Source: Macrostomum lignano
Taxonomy: Eukaryota
DNA: 64,000 nucleotides
Reading direction: 5' to 3'
Assembly (NCBI GenBank): GCA_002269645.1
Contig: NIVC01001700.1
Coordinates: 8,676-72,675, forward strand
In this document: piece after piece, positions 52,937-64,000 of the stretch
Position numbering within the stretch: position 1 is the first letter of the stretch
How the letters are laid out: every line of letters starts with the position of its first letter
Position numbers and translations under genes: made by a program
The notes under the pieces: model-generated
Database searches by the model: none
What the model was told of the DNA's origin: nothing
What the model saw: the letters and a program-made list of their open reading frames with translations, nothing else

Positions 52937-54303
52937 CGTAAGCCCTGACATCTCAGCTATTCCCCCCTCCCCATAAGCCCTGACTTATTATCCTGACTTT
53001 TGAGCCCTGACTTTTGAGTTATTCACCCTCCCCGTAAGACCTGACATCTCAGCTATTCCCCCTCCCCATAAGCCTTGACATCTCAGCTATCCCCCTCCCA
53101 TAAGCCTTGACATCTCAGCTATCCCCCTCCCCATAAGCCTTGACATCTCAGCTATCCCCCCTCCTCATGAGCCTTGACATCTCAGCTATTCCCCCCCCCG
53201 TGAGCCTTGACATCTCAGCTATTCCCCCCGTGAGCCTTGACATCTCAGCTATCCCCCTCCTCATGAGCCTTGACATCTCAGCTATCCCCCTCCCCATAAG
53301 CCTTGACATCTCAGCTATCCCCCCTCCCCATAAGCCTTGACATCTCAGCTATCCCCCCTCCTCATGAGCCTTGACATCTCAGCTATTCCCCCCCCCGTGA
53401 GCCTTGACATCTCAGCTATTCCCCCCCGTGAGCCTTGACATCTCAGCTATCCCCCTCCTCATGAGCCTTGACATCTCAGCTATCCCCCCTCCCCATAAGC
53501 CTTGACATCTCAGCTATCCCCCCTCCCCATAAGCCTTGACATCTCAGCTATCCCCCCTCCTCATGAGCCTTGACATCTCAGCTATTCCCCCCCCGTGAGC
53601 CTTGACATCTCAGCTATTCCCCCCCGTGAGCCTTGACATCTCAGCCATTCCCCCCCGTGAGCCTTGACATCTCAGCCATTCCCCCCGTGAGCCTTGACAT
53701 CTCAGCTATTCCCCCCCCGTGAGCCTTGACATCTCAGCCATTCCCCCCGTGAGCCTTGACATCTCAGCTATTCCCCCCGTGAGCCTTGAAATCTCAGCTA
53801 TTCCCCCTCCTCATGAGCCCTGACATCTCAGCTATTCCCCCTCCTCATGAGCCCTGACATCTCAGCTATTCCCCTCCTCATGAGCCCTGACATCTCAGCT
53901 ATTCCCCCTCCTCATAAGCCTTGACATCTCAGCTATTCCCCCTCCTCATGAGCCCTGACATCTCAGCTATTCCCCCCTCCTCATGAGCCCTGACATCTCA
54001 GCTATTCCCCCCTCCTCATAAGCCTTGACATCTCAGCTATTCCCCCCTCCTCATAAGCCTTGAAATCTCAGCTATTCCCCCTCCTCATGAGCCCTGACAT
54101 CTCAGCTATTCCCCCTCCTCATGAGCCCTGACATCTCAGCTATTCCCCCCTCCTCATAAGCCTTGACATCTCAGCTATTCCCCCTCCTCATGAGCCCTGA
54201 CATCTCAGCTATTCCCCCCTCCTCATAAGCCTTGACATCTCAGCTATTCCCCCCCGTGAGCCTTGACATCTCAGCTATTCCCCCTGTGAGCCTTGACATC
54301 TCA
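52937..54303. repeat. Minisatellite, ~31-36-bp unit GAGCCTTGACATCTCAGCTAT(T)CCCCC(CC)GT / CTCCTCAT variants
   Basis: About 40 units with variable C-run length. Confidence 0.96.
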
Positions 54304-55318
54304 GGCCTCCATGTCAGAGGGTGGATGGAGAGACGGAAGAGACGGAAGAGCTTTCCTGGGATGCTGCTCGTAGTTGCTGGTCAAGATGTGCTGGAGACTG
54401 ACGAATTTCGAGGTACGCCTGGACTAAATCCAGGAATTACAGTTCCCGATTATGTTGAACAAGCAACGGCCTTTTTTCTGTCTATTTTGCCTCTTTGAAG
54501 ACCTGGCGAAGTGGACCAACCAAAGAGCCTGGTTAGCGATTCACTCGGTCGACGCTGAGGACCGTTGTTGAAGACATTGAGAGATGCAATTGCGTTAAGG
54601 TATACGGCCCCAAGAAGGACATGAGCGCAGACGAATCTTACGTGCTGTCCAACTGGCGCTTATACGCTTTAAACAATATATTCCAACGTGGAAAACTGAC
54701 GGAAAAGCGTACTTTAAACAGGCTCACAAACTCAGTATCCAACAAAATATGCTTGCCCGATACATTTCAGTTTCAACCCACCCGTCGTCTTGGCAGATTT
54801 TCTTAAAATATTGCCAATAAAATTAAGGTTTAAAGCTCGAGAACGAATAATCCCCCATAGGAAATCGTTTTGTATCCTGCGCTAAACACACTACTGAGAG
54901 CAGGCAGAGACCCTCTTTAACCTAACTGGGAGTGAAGGCTACCATTGAACACGATAGTTGAACCAGACACTGCAGGGAGACAGCACAGCTGCTCCGTGTT
55001 CCAGGCCAAACTGCCCCGAAGCCATGGTTACCCGTGGCCAGGCGCCCTATTCGTAGGTTGCATGCGATCCGAGCGAAGCGAAAGAAAAATGCAGTATGTG
55101 TTCGATAGTTCCCTACTAGCAGAGGCTACCCAGCTCGTCCGTTAGCAGAGGGCTGTCCGGTTGATCGCATACTTCCCCACACGGATGGTCTTGCCTGATT
55201 ACATGTAGATTCTTGTGGGTGCATGTGATTGCATTACACCGCGTTTCCGCATTCTGCTTTTGAGTCAGCTTCTGAGTTAGTCAGAACCCGAATCGAGATG
55301 ATGCCCACAAAAGCTCTC

Positions 55319-55600
55319 TCATGCGGCAACCACGAGATTGTCACAAGTGAGTGAGTACACGCAAAGATGCCAGCGGCTTGAACACCTACTGTTACAAGCT
55401 GAGCGGAAGCCGACGGTGCCTGCTCTAGCTTCCACCGCATGAGGCGGTGCTTCCGTCATAGAGGGATGGTGCAGCATCTTGATGTAGGCCCAGAAACCCT
55501 CAAAGTTCGATGAGTGAGCCAATGTCACACTGAACCGCCAGCTATTGGACTGCCACGTCTCAGTACTGGCTACTCTTAGTAGCTGAAACTGCCCAGCCAC
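55319..55600 (-). CDS. Possible exon with weak resemblance to a CUB-domain C-terminus
   Basis: TWQSNSWRFSVTLAHSSNFEGFWAYIK loosely resembles the SxSN...F.SD.S...GF.A.Y pattern; exon boundaries not established. Confidence 0.2.
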   Translation of the reverse strand: MAGQFQLLRVASTETWQSNSWRFSVTLAHSSNFEGFWAYIKMLHHPSMTEAPPHAVEARAGTVGFRSACNSRCSSRWHLCVYSLTCDNLVVAA

Positions 55601-58600
55601 TCAGCCTGTCTCTGCATTCCTTTAGCCTCGTTACTTTTGAAACACTGCACCTCATGTACTTTGGCTAAATGCTGGAAAATTATCCCAAATTGGGGGAGCT
55701 GGGACAAAGGAAAGAGGGGAAAAACTAAGAAAATGTAGTTGGGTAAGCAAAATGGTAGACTAGAGACTGTATGGTAATAATTAAGAACACTAAAATCGAA
55801 ATTGTGACATCGACTTGAACTTTATCCCATTGTTGTAGCGGACACCAAGTACAGTAAAATCGTAGGTAACTCCCACTCGAAAAGTCAAGTAATCTAACTC
55901 GAATATTTGATTTGAATTAGTAGGAACTTGTATGCTATGCTATTAGTTTCACGAAAAGCTGTCTGTGGTCCTAACCATTGTAGAAGTACTGTATAATTAT
56001 TTTATATAGCTAAAGTTGTGCAAGAACTAATAAAGAAGAATATAACTTGAGCCGCTCAATTAGAGGACTCAATCTAGCTAAAGGCTAGCCTCGCCAATAT
56101 TGCAACGCGTATCACAGTCATCCGTCTCAGACACCCAACACTCAGACACCAACATCGAAGTCTAATTGGTTACCACGTGTACAGGTACACAGTAAAAGTG
56201 CTCGAGTAGACTCGGGTCTTGCGTCATCAAGTAGCCTCGGGTGATGCGCTTACGCCAACGCAACTCAAAAGAACTCTAAAATCGTTTTTAAGTACTAGCT
56301 CATTGGCATTGAAGTTGAAAACATGATCAAACGTGTTTATTAAACGCACCGCATTTTACCTGGTAGTCTGAGCCGCTTCTGAGTCGTGGTGGTCTGAAAT
56401 TTCTGCAATATAAACGAAATCGTTCTAAATGCCTTATTTGACATTCAGGGACTTGTGTGAAAGTGATGCTGCATTTCATTACGACAGAGAGAAAGGGATT
56501 TAAATTAATTCTTTGGATCTGCTTCAGGTCGAATTACTTATTAATGGCTTCTTTTCGAATGCAAGTAGATCGGCTGCCTCGGAATTTTTAATCTGAATGC
56601 GAAACTGAGAGAAACAATTCCTTCTACAAGACAGCTCCTCTTCTGCGGCTGATCAAGATCGTATTTCATCAATTCTCGCTGGAAGCCGCATCCCAGCTCA
56701 CTAGTAAAAGAGTATTTTCGAGATTAAAATTATTGATTTGAAATGCTGCAAAGCCAAGAGAATGCTAAGATCCCTGTAGTTTGGGGATATGGCTTGAGTA
56801 CAGACCGGGCCAAGCCTGGAGCAGTGAAGCTATAGGTGTTCGGTGTAGAGATTTTTTCGCGTTCAATGAGACCTGCCACCTTTAACAATCCCAGAGCTGC
56901 TGTAATCAACTCCGTCACCGGGACTGGCGCATGGTAATTACTGGCTATAGTCGCGGCATCGCCCAGTCTTGGCTCATGAACTCTTGAAGATGCGGGCAGT
57001 TCCTGTAGAAAACTGAATTGGAAACGGGAAGTCAGACTGAGTGGGAGTAGCTAAGGAATTAAAAGTACAAAATAGAGCAGGTTTGCAGAGCTCTGGTGAG
57101 ATGCAGCCGTTTGATTTAGGTCAAATTTCTTTTGTCGTGCGTTGACTCCTTAGGCCAAGATTTTCTTACTCAAATACTAGCTCATTATCCGGACCGCGAG
57201 ATGTTGTAAACCCTTTTTACTAGAAGACGGTCCTAAAGACACGCGCGTTTGCTTCAGCCTCGGAAAAGCGTGGTGTGGACCTGTAGATCTTCAATACAGA
57301 CTTTCATATTGACCAGACATGAGCACCATTAGTGCATTGAGAATTACGCTCACAGGACTTGAAAAAATCGTTCGGAAGGGCTTTTGTTTGCAGTTTTTGT
57401 TTGAGTAAATGTTCTCAGACTATTATTTATCCCTCTATTTTTAGAGAGTTCAGTGGCACTGACTATTCTCAGAAATAGTCGCAAAACTTTTTTTGCGAGA
57501 CTCCAGTGCTGGCGAATTTTAAAACTATTGATTTTTATCACCGCGATTTCTTTTGCTTTCCACCAAACCGCATTTGATCCATTAGTCTACACCCCTGACA
57601 GCATGCAGTTGAAGCTGCCATGAAGTCGAAGGATTTTACTCATATTTTTAGCGAAAAAATCATGCATTAAGTTAAATATAAATGGGCAAATTGCCCCAGC
57701 ACTGACTGTGGTATGATGTCGCCGATGGCACTGCGCCAGGGTATCCACAACCCTCCTGCGAATATATACGGATATAGCAAATGACGATCCAGTCACAGGT
57801 TGTTAAACTAGGTTTGTTTATGAAAGTTTCTGAAAAAATAAATCGCCTGTCCCCTGAAGCACGTCTGCTTTTTTGTCGCACATTCTTTGCCCTAAAAGAC
57901 AACAATAAGCAAGCTGCTGAAGTCTGACAGGGCCAGGGGCATGATTTTGGATTGGAGATCTTATATGCACTTCAGCCTCCGCGGCGTCCGCTCTCTCCTT
58001 GTCTGACTGCAAGTTAATCAGGCGGCAGGGCGAGTTGAGAGGCCCGGCCTTTGCTTCATGGATCGTGTTTCGGCTTGTTCAGCGCTTGGGAGCTGAATTG
58101 AAAGCAGCCAGGGCGACGCGCACAAGCAACAGGATCGGGGAGGGCGAAGCAAAGCAGAAATTATATTGCAGAATTAAACACTAGGCTTCAAGGGGGCGGC
58201 AGGAGAGAGCTGTGTAGTGGCTCGCTTGTTGCCAATCTGTGCTGGGAGCCGAGGATGGAATGGGAAGAAAATGGGACTTGGCTTGGGGTGACTCGGCGGG
58301 AGGGACTCAGTCGCCGGTCTCCTCTCTGCCCGCGGCCCGGTTGCGAGCGATCAATTTTACAGGAAATTATTCCACCTCGATTCTCCCTCCTCTCACCCGC
58401 GCACTCTCCCCACTTTGTTTCTTTTGTCCTGGCCCCGGGGCTGTGGAAAATAGGGGCTATGAATCCGGGGATGCAAACATGCGGATACATTGACAGTGAC
58501 TGTTTCCGCTGGATTTCCAGCCCTGTTATGCACTACTTTGTGTTAACTTATCTCCCACTCTCGCCCTTAACACCCCTACTCCGTGGGACCAGCTGCGGCA

Positions 58601-60370
58601 GCTCACAGTCGGGCAAGTTTAGCCTCTCCCACTCATTTTTCTGCTAGCAAATTTTGCACTCAGTCCGCGCGCGTCACTCTTTTGCACAGTGCAACAACTG
58701 CATGCAACCCTGTCGCCCTGGCAGTTGGCTCTCCCAGAGCTTTTGGCCCGAAAGGAAGATGATGCTATAGGCGACTGGATAGAGGGAGAGAGCAGGAGCG
58801 GAGAGGTGAGATGACTCTCTCCTGCTCTGGAAGACTTAAAAACTCAAGGCAGGCAACCCCCACGGCAACAAGAAAACAGCGTTGCTTCTGGCTAAGGAAC
58901 AGCGCCAGATGGGAGGAATGAGATGGAGCTGCCCGATAAGCTGTAGGTGGGAGAATATTGGCTCTGTTAGGCCTGCCAGCAGGGTGCAGTGGTACACAAT
59001 CGGAGCAAATGGATGCATATCCTAGAATTTCTTTTTGGTGCTGGATTCAAATATACTTACTGATCGGTAGAGCGCTGTTCGCTGCTCAAACAAGCTTCTT
59101 GCAAACTCTTTCATCATGCCGCTCTATGAGAACTATTTTTTCAAAGTAAAGCATGCTTAGTCATTGTTTAGATATTTCAGTTGATGACGTTAACTAACGG
59201 ACGACTTACTTTGGCTACCATAAGCTGTTGCTCTAACGCTTCTTTTAGGAAAAGCACAGTGGCTCACGGCTGACTGGATATGGAATTTCCAACCATATGA
59301 TCTCGAAATTATTCAAATCTATAAGGATGCGTTCAAAATCGGGCTTAAACCCGACTGACTGACGCCATAATAAGACAATTTACTTTGAAAGCAAAATTAT
59401 AAAAGGAATTGTCGAATTTTTCAATACTATTAGATAAAGCAAAACAGTTTTCTTTTCTGGTAAATTCAGCGACACAAAAAGCAGTTAAACTACACGCTCC
59501 ATTCGGGTCGAAGGGACACAAAACTTACAATGCCAAAAAAGAGAGAAATATCCTTAGCTCTGGGCAGGAAGTTCTGCCCAAGCAACCGGCGGAAAATCTT
59601 TTAGTTAGCAAATCAGATATGGGTAAAGGGGCTGAAAAATCTGGGGGGGGGGTAAATCTATTTATACATGGTGGGTTGGTTGTCGCATGCACATCAGCAA
59701 AGTAACATTTGTACTTCTTTCTACTATCCACAACTAACAAAACTTCTGCAGATAATGCAAATAATATATTAGAGCTAATTAAACACAAAACTGCTAAAGC
59801 GCATGGTGATTCGATCGAGTCGGACAGCACATTGCAACAATCATAATATAGTGTAAAGAAGATACGGAAAACAGAACGAACTGATGTGCACTATGATACA
59901 GTTCAAAAGCTTGGAAACAACGGCCGGCTGGCTAGTGAAAAATTAGGAATCCCCTTAGAGTTTAAATTAGCTATAGATGCGTGTATACTCGCTGTCGTCC
60001 TCAGCTGGCTTCATGTAATTCTCCTCTCTGCAGGATTCCTCTGGGAATACTCCCCACTGTGGAGTTGTAACAACGAAGGGAAGAACAGATGAAATAAAAA
60101 AATAATAAAAGGAACTGATGCGCGGGTGGCTGATTAAAATAGAAAAAAAGATAATTCGATTTTACTTTAGCGAGATGCCACACTGGTCGATCAGAGTAAA
60201 ATACGGTGACTAATTGATTTTTGCCTTCTTCCAAAAGAGCTATCTAATTTTTGACGAGCCAAAATTTACAAGACTGGCCAACCTCGCAAAAGGAAAAGAC
60301 GTCATAAAAAGTGATAAGGTCAATGAAAATAGCTAGCGTTAATTTCGTCTGATGCCTATTGTGAGATGGC

Positions 60371-61799
60371 TCAGTCAGCTGACAGCCGAGGCTGCAGGGG
60401 AATGGCCCGGTCGCTGCCGCCACCGCAGCCGGCGCTCTTGCAGCAGTAGTCATCGCTGCTGACTCCGTCTGCGCTAAAGGCAACTTGCGCCGCTGTTGCG
60501 TTGCAATCGCAATCGCTTTGCGAGCAGTCAAGCGGACTCTGTTGCTGTTTCTTGAGCAGCGGCACCGTCGTTCCAGTTGCAGTCGCAGTTGCGGTGGCCT
60601 CGAGGCGTCTGGTGAACCAGCCCGTCGATTCTGCAGTACGTGGTGCTGGTGGTTTCGATGGTGCCGGTGAGGAGCCGCTGCGCCGCCCATTCCGCCCCTG
60701 AATCGAAGCCGGTGCGGGCAGAACAGCCTGCACAGGATGCGCTTGGCAGCCTGGCGAAGATTTTGCCAGCAGCGCAGTAGAACACCCAATTCAGGGAGGC
60801 GTTCAGGAATGCGATCGACCGGAACAGGTAGTAGTAGGACTTGTGCAAGCTCTTGGCAATGGTGACGCCGACCTTGTTCTCGAGGCGGAAATTTAGATGC
60901 ATCATGTAGATGAGCAGCGGGAAGGTTGTGAACAGGTAGAACAGGTTCATGGAAACTAGCAGACGTGTAACATGGGCTCCCTGGTCAGATCCGTGACGCC
61001 TTCCTCCGGCTGCAGCTGGCTGGTGAGGCTCTAAAGCTCCGCCACTAATGGCTTCTCCTCCTCCACCGCTGCAACTCCGTCACTTTTCGCCTTAAAATTG
61101 GACCGGCGTAGCGGATCAGCCGGAAAGAGATGCAACCAGTGGAAATGGTCATAGATGCTAGCGGAATGATGCCCCAGACCACCAAGTGCACTAGAGTTTG
61201 ACGTAATAGAACCATTTGTCCACTGGCTCGCAGTCGTCTCGCTTGCCGATGTGCCAGTAGATGAGGTAAGTGATGTTGGGGAACAGCAGTAGCAGGCCCA
61301 TGCAGGCCCAGATACCGATCACCCGTCGCGTGGTGAGCAAAGTTCTCGAGCGCAGCGGGAAACTGATAAAAATGAGGCGCTGAATGGACATTGCAGCCTG
61401 ATTGTAGGCACTCCAGTGAAAGAAGAAGTTGCCAAGGTAGGCCTGAAGTTTGCAGATGACCACGCCAGAATCGCGGAAGTCGTAGTCGAACGCCATTTTC
61501 GTGAACATCCGCAGAGCGTCCCACATAAGGATCATAAAATCACCAAAGCAGATGCTAATGAGCCAGACCTGAATAATCTTTGGGAACATCTTCGACATGA
61601 AGATGAAGAGCGTACAGAAAACAGCGCCCAGGGTGCCAATCAACAAAATCAGTGGCAGGTACCAGATGAGGAAGTAGGAGTTCAGTCTGGTGTAGAAGAG
61701 GCTGCCCCACTCCTCCTCCAGCTGTAGCGCAGTTTTGACGCTGGTATTGGCGGTCACCACAGCAGCCGCTGTTGTAGTTGCTAGCTGCTGTGACGACAT
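60371..61799 (-). pseudogene. Intronless orphan rhodopsin-family (peptide-receptor-like) GPCR, interrupted by single-base frameshifts
   Basis: TM1 LPLILLIGTLGA, TM2 ISICFGD, VICKL, TM3 end SIQRLIFISFPLR, TM4 IW...FP, TM5 VWGIIP (different frame), TM6 VTRLLVSMNLFYLFTTFP, TM7 LNASLNWVFY, helix 8 (F)RQAAKRILCRLFC in a third frame. May be a functional gene with assembly errors. Confidence 0.85.
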
Positions 61800-63344
61800 G
61801 TTCCGACACAGTTCAGTTAAGATAAAAATTCTGTTTCAGATAGAATTTTGATAAAATCCAGTCTTGGCCAAAAGCTTCGATTAGTTTTTTTTCAGTCGTC
61901 TCAGTTCAGCATTTGGGAAGGCTTGCAGACATATATGCAGCCTTAGGAGGGTTCTGATTGGTTTAGAATAGAGCTTACAGAAGGGCAGCAGCAACTGGTG
62001 AGGGAAGCCGCGGGCCTGCAGGCTCAAGCTCCCCGCGAAAGTCAGCCTGGCTTTGCCTGAGCGTTTGCAGGGTCGGAAGTCAATTATGTATAGAGCCGAT
62101 TTCAAGCTTATAGATGACTCGACGATAAGAGACTAGCTCAAGCAACTGATAAACAAAGCAAAGTTGAATAATATTTATGCAGACGCCAGTGAAACTATGA
62201 GCTACTTGAGGGTATTTTGGTAGACATGTACTTACTCGAAATATTTAATATCGTCTTCGCGTCGGAACGCACGTATTTAAAAAAATAACGATCTAACGAT
62301 CTGCTAGCTAAGCAGCTTTTGTGGTGCTCTTGATGGGCTCCAAAATAAATTCTATAAGTGATATAGGATTGTACAAATTAACTTTGGCTAGAGTAGAGCC
62401 GCCCAAGTAAGAAATCGGAGATAGGTGCCACCTTGCGATCGAAGCAGCAGTCGGCATAAGCTCTCCTGACTTTGTAGGTAAAGAGAGTTCAGTTCTTATT
62501 AGCTGCCTGACAGCTACTATCTATATCTTTATGGCTATCCCAAGCAATCTGAATAAACTATAGCCGCTCTGATAAAATGCCTGTACGCAGTTTGGACAAC
62601 TGCACGTTGCCTTAGGCGCTTTATAACTAGCTCGTAAGACACAGTATGTATAACAGGCACAAAACATACTCCATTCTTGAAACCATTTGATCATTTATTT
62701 GGGAAAATTAAGCTTAAAAAACTTGGAATCACACCTTAAAATAGCCAAAAAGGTAAATTTAAATAGTTTATAAAATTTTCAGCAACAAATAAGCTTAGCT
62801 AGCTAGCTACTGTGTGCGTTGAACTTTTTCCATCGCCGAGAGATACGGGACACAGGTGCGAAATGGACTGCCTCAATGGCCATTCAAAGCATTTCCTAAG
62901 TAAAGCAGTTGTCCTGTGTATAATAATATTCAAGTTTTTTTCGGAGTGAAGGAAAAGTCTGTGTGGTTCTTGAAAGCAGAAAAGTGGAAGTGAGTGACCA
63001 TAGTAGAGTGTGGACAGAGAGACAGAACTCTATTTAGACCATACATTTAGTTGCATTGCCAGTTTTAAAACGCACTTTTTTAATCATTTTAATGCAGCAT
63101 GCGCTGTGCATGCATAAGTTTCACATCCTTTTTAGAAAACGTTTCTGCACTTTAAACCTTGAAGCCAGCTAATGTGCAGCCAGTGGAATCTAAGAGGGCC
63201 AATTTAATTCTTGCGATTCATAGCTTATTAGACTCGTACTGTGGGCATATTGAGATGACAATGCGACGGCTTCTTTCGATTGCGTAGCGAGAGAAATTTC
63301 AAGACTTTTTGACCCATTTTTACCAAGCTACATGTATAACACGT

Positions 63345-63590
63345 CGCGACCGCTGGATCGATTCCGTACGCAAACATTCATTTTGGAGTGGGCACGAAAA
63401 TTTGCTGGGGTTGTCTTGCGATCCACACTTATGAGCCAAAGGCACAGAGAGTGTACATGCCTGACGATTAGAAAGTCAGGGCCGCTGTACACCCTGTGTG
63501 AGCGTGCCTGCGTAAAGTGTTGGCGTGCTTATAAGTGCTCAGGAGTCAGTGGAATGGGCAGAATTTCCTCAGCGCTGGTCGAGGGACGAC
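63345..63590 (+). mobile_element. tRNA-derived SINE, family A copy
   Basis: GGATCGATTCC B box; core CAAAGGCACAGAGAGTGTACATGCCTGACGATTAGAAAGTCAGGGCCGCTGTACAC; GTGCTCAGGAGTCAGTGGAATGGGCAGAATTT. Confidence 0.83.
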
Positions 63591-64000
63591 GCGTCGACAA
63601 AGGCGTTGCGCCAGTGTGGCTGCGCAACCCTACTGCGAATCATTTCATTTGAGGGATATTTCTACCATATCATTCATTCAGTTATAGTGTGCTGGCGTCA
63701 CTGTTCTGTTCTGTAGTGTGCTGACCCCCAACCTTGGTACGAGCGTACATTGGACTTACCAACGTAGGGCAAGGCAACGATCATTTATAACACATTAAAA
63801 TTAATACTTTGAAAACAGCTAATAAACAGCGTATAGCTTTTAAGATTTCAAATAGCTACTATATGATTTATCTCATTACTGACATCTACTCATAAAATAT
63901 CCATCATTAATTAGTCATACGTTTTATTGATGCTCCACGATTTTAAAATCTTGCATATGATCATCAGGAGGAACCAAAATGCGAACAGAGACAGGAAAAA

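Noticed and set aside
60371-61799. GPCR as the cognate receptor of the nearby NPF
   Set aside because: It lacks the DRY and NPxxY features typical of NPY/NPF receptors and looks like a different orphan family.
63460-63485. Hammerhead-like core CTGA(C/T)GA-NNN-GAAA-GTC in the SINE family A core
   Set aside because: No room for stems II or III; the 48.8 kb copy loses GA and GAAA while keeping the CTGAC/GTCA pairing, so a plain hairpin explains it better.

Overview
Eukaryotic, repeat-rich invertebrate genomic DNA. A free-living flatworm such as Macrostomum is my inference from the NPF gene, the divergent Wnt11-like gene, the orphan rhodopsin-type GPCR and the minisatellite density. Four host genes lie on the minus strand: a two-coding-exon NPF/NPY neuropeptide precursor (GRPRFamide, 15485-15930), a 7-exon calmodulin-like four-EF-hand protein with an N-terminal extension (27663-32897), a 5-exon divergent Wnt11-like ligand (44568-50424) and an intronless orphan class A GPCR broken by single-base frameshifts (~60371-61799). 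Mobile DNA comprises two full-length, decayed LOA/Lian-type LINEs (APE-RT-RNase H), each with a perfect 13-bp TSD; a 5'-truncated third LINE nested in an RTE-type remnant; a Gypsy integrase scrap; at least six copies of one tRNA-derived SINE; one CORE-type SINE; and a ~1 kb foldback element. About 16 unrelated mini/microsatellite arrays and a telomere-like tract fill introns and intergenic space. The most notable observations are a conserved structured 5' leader with compensatory base changes shared by the two LINEs, a Wnt that has lost the Frizzled-binding index-finger motif, a Wnt intron built almost entirely from tandem 3' splice-site mimics, and an N-terminally extended NPF. All gene models and RNA folds were derived by eye.
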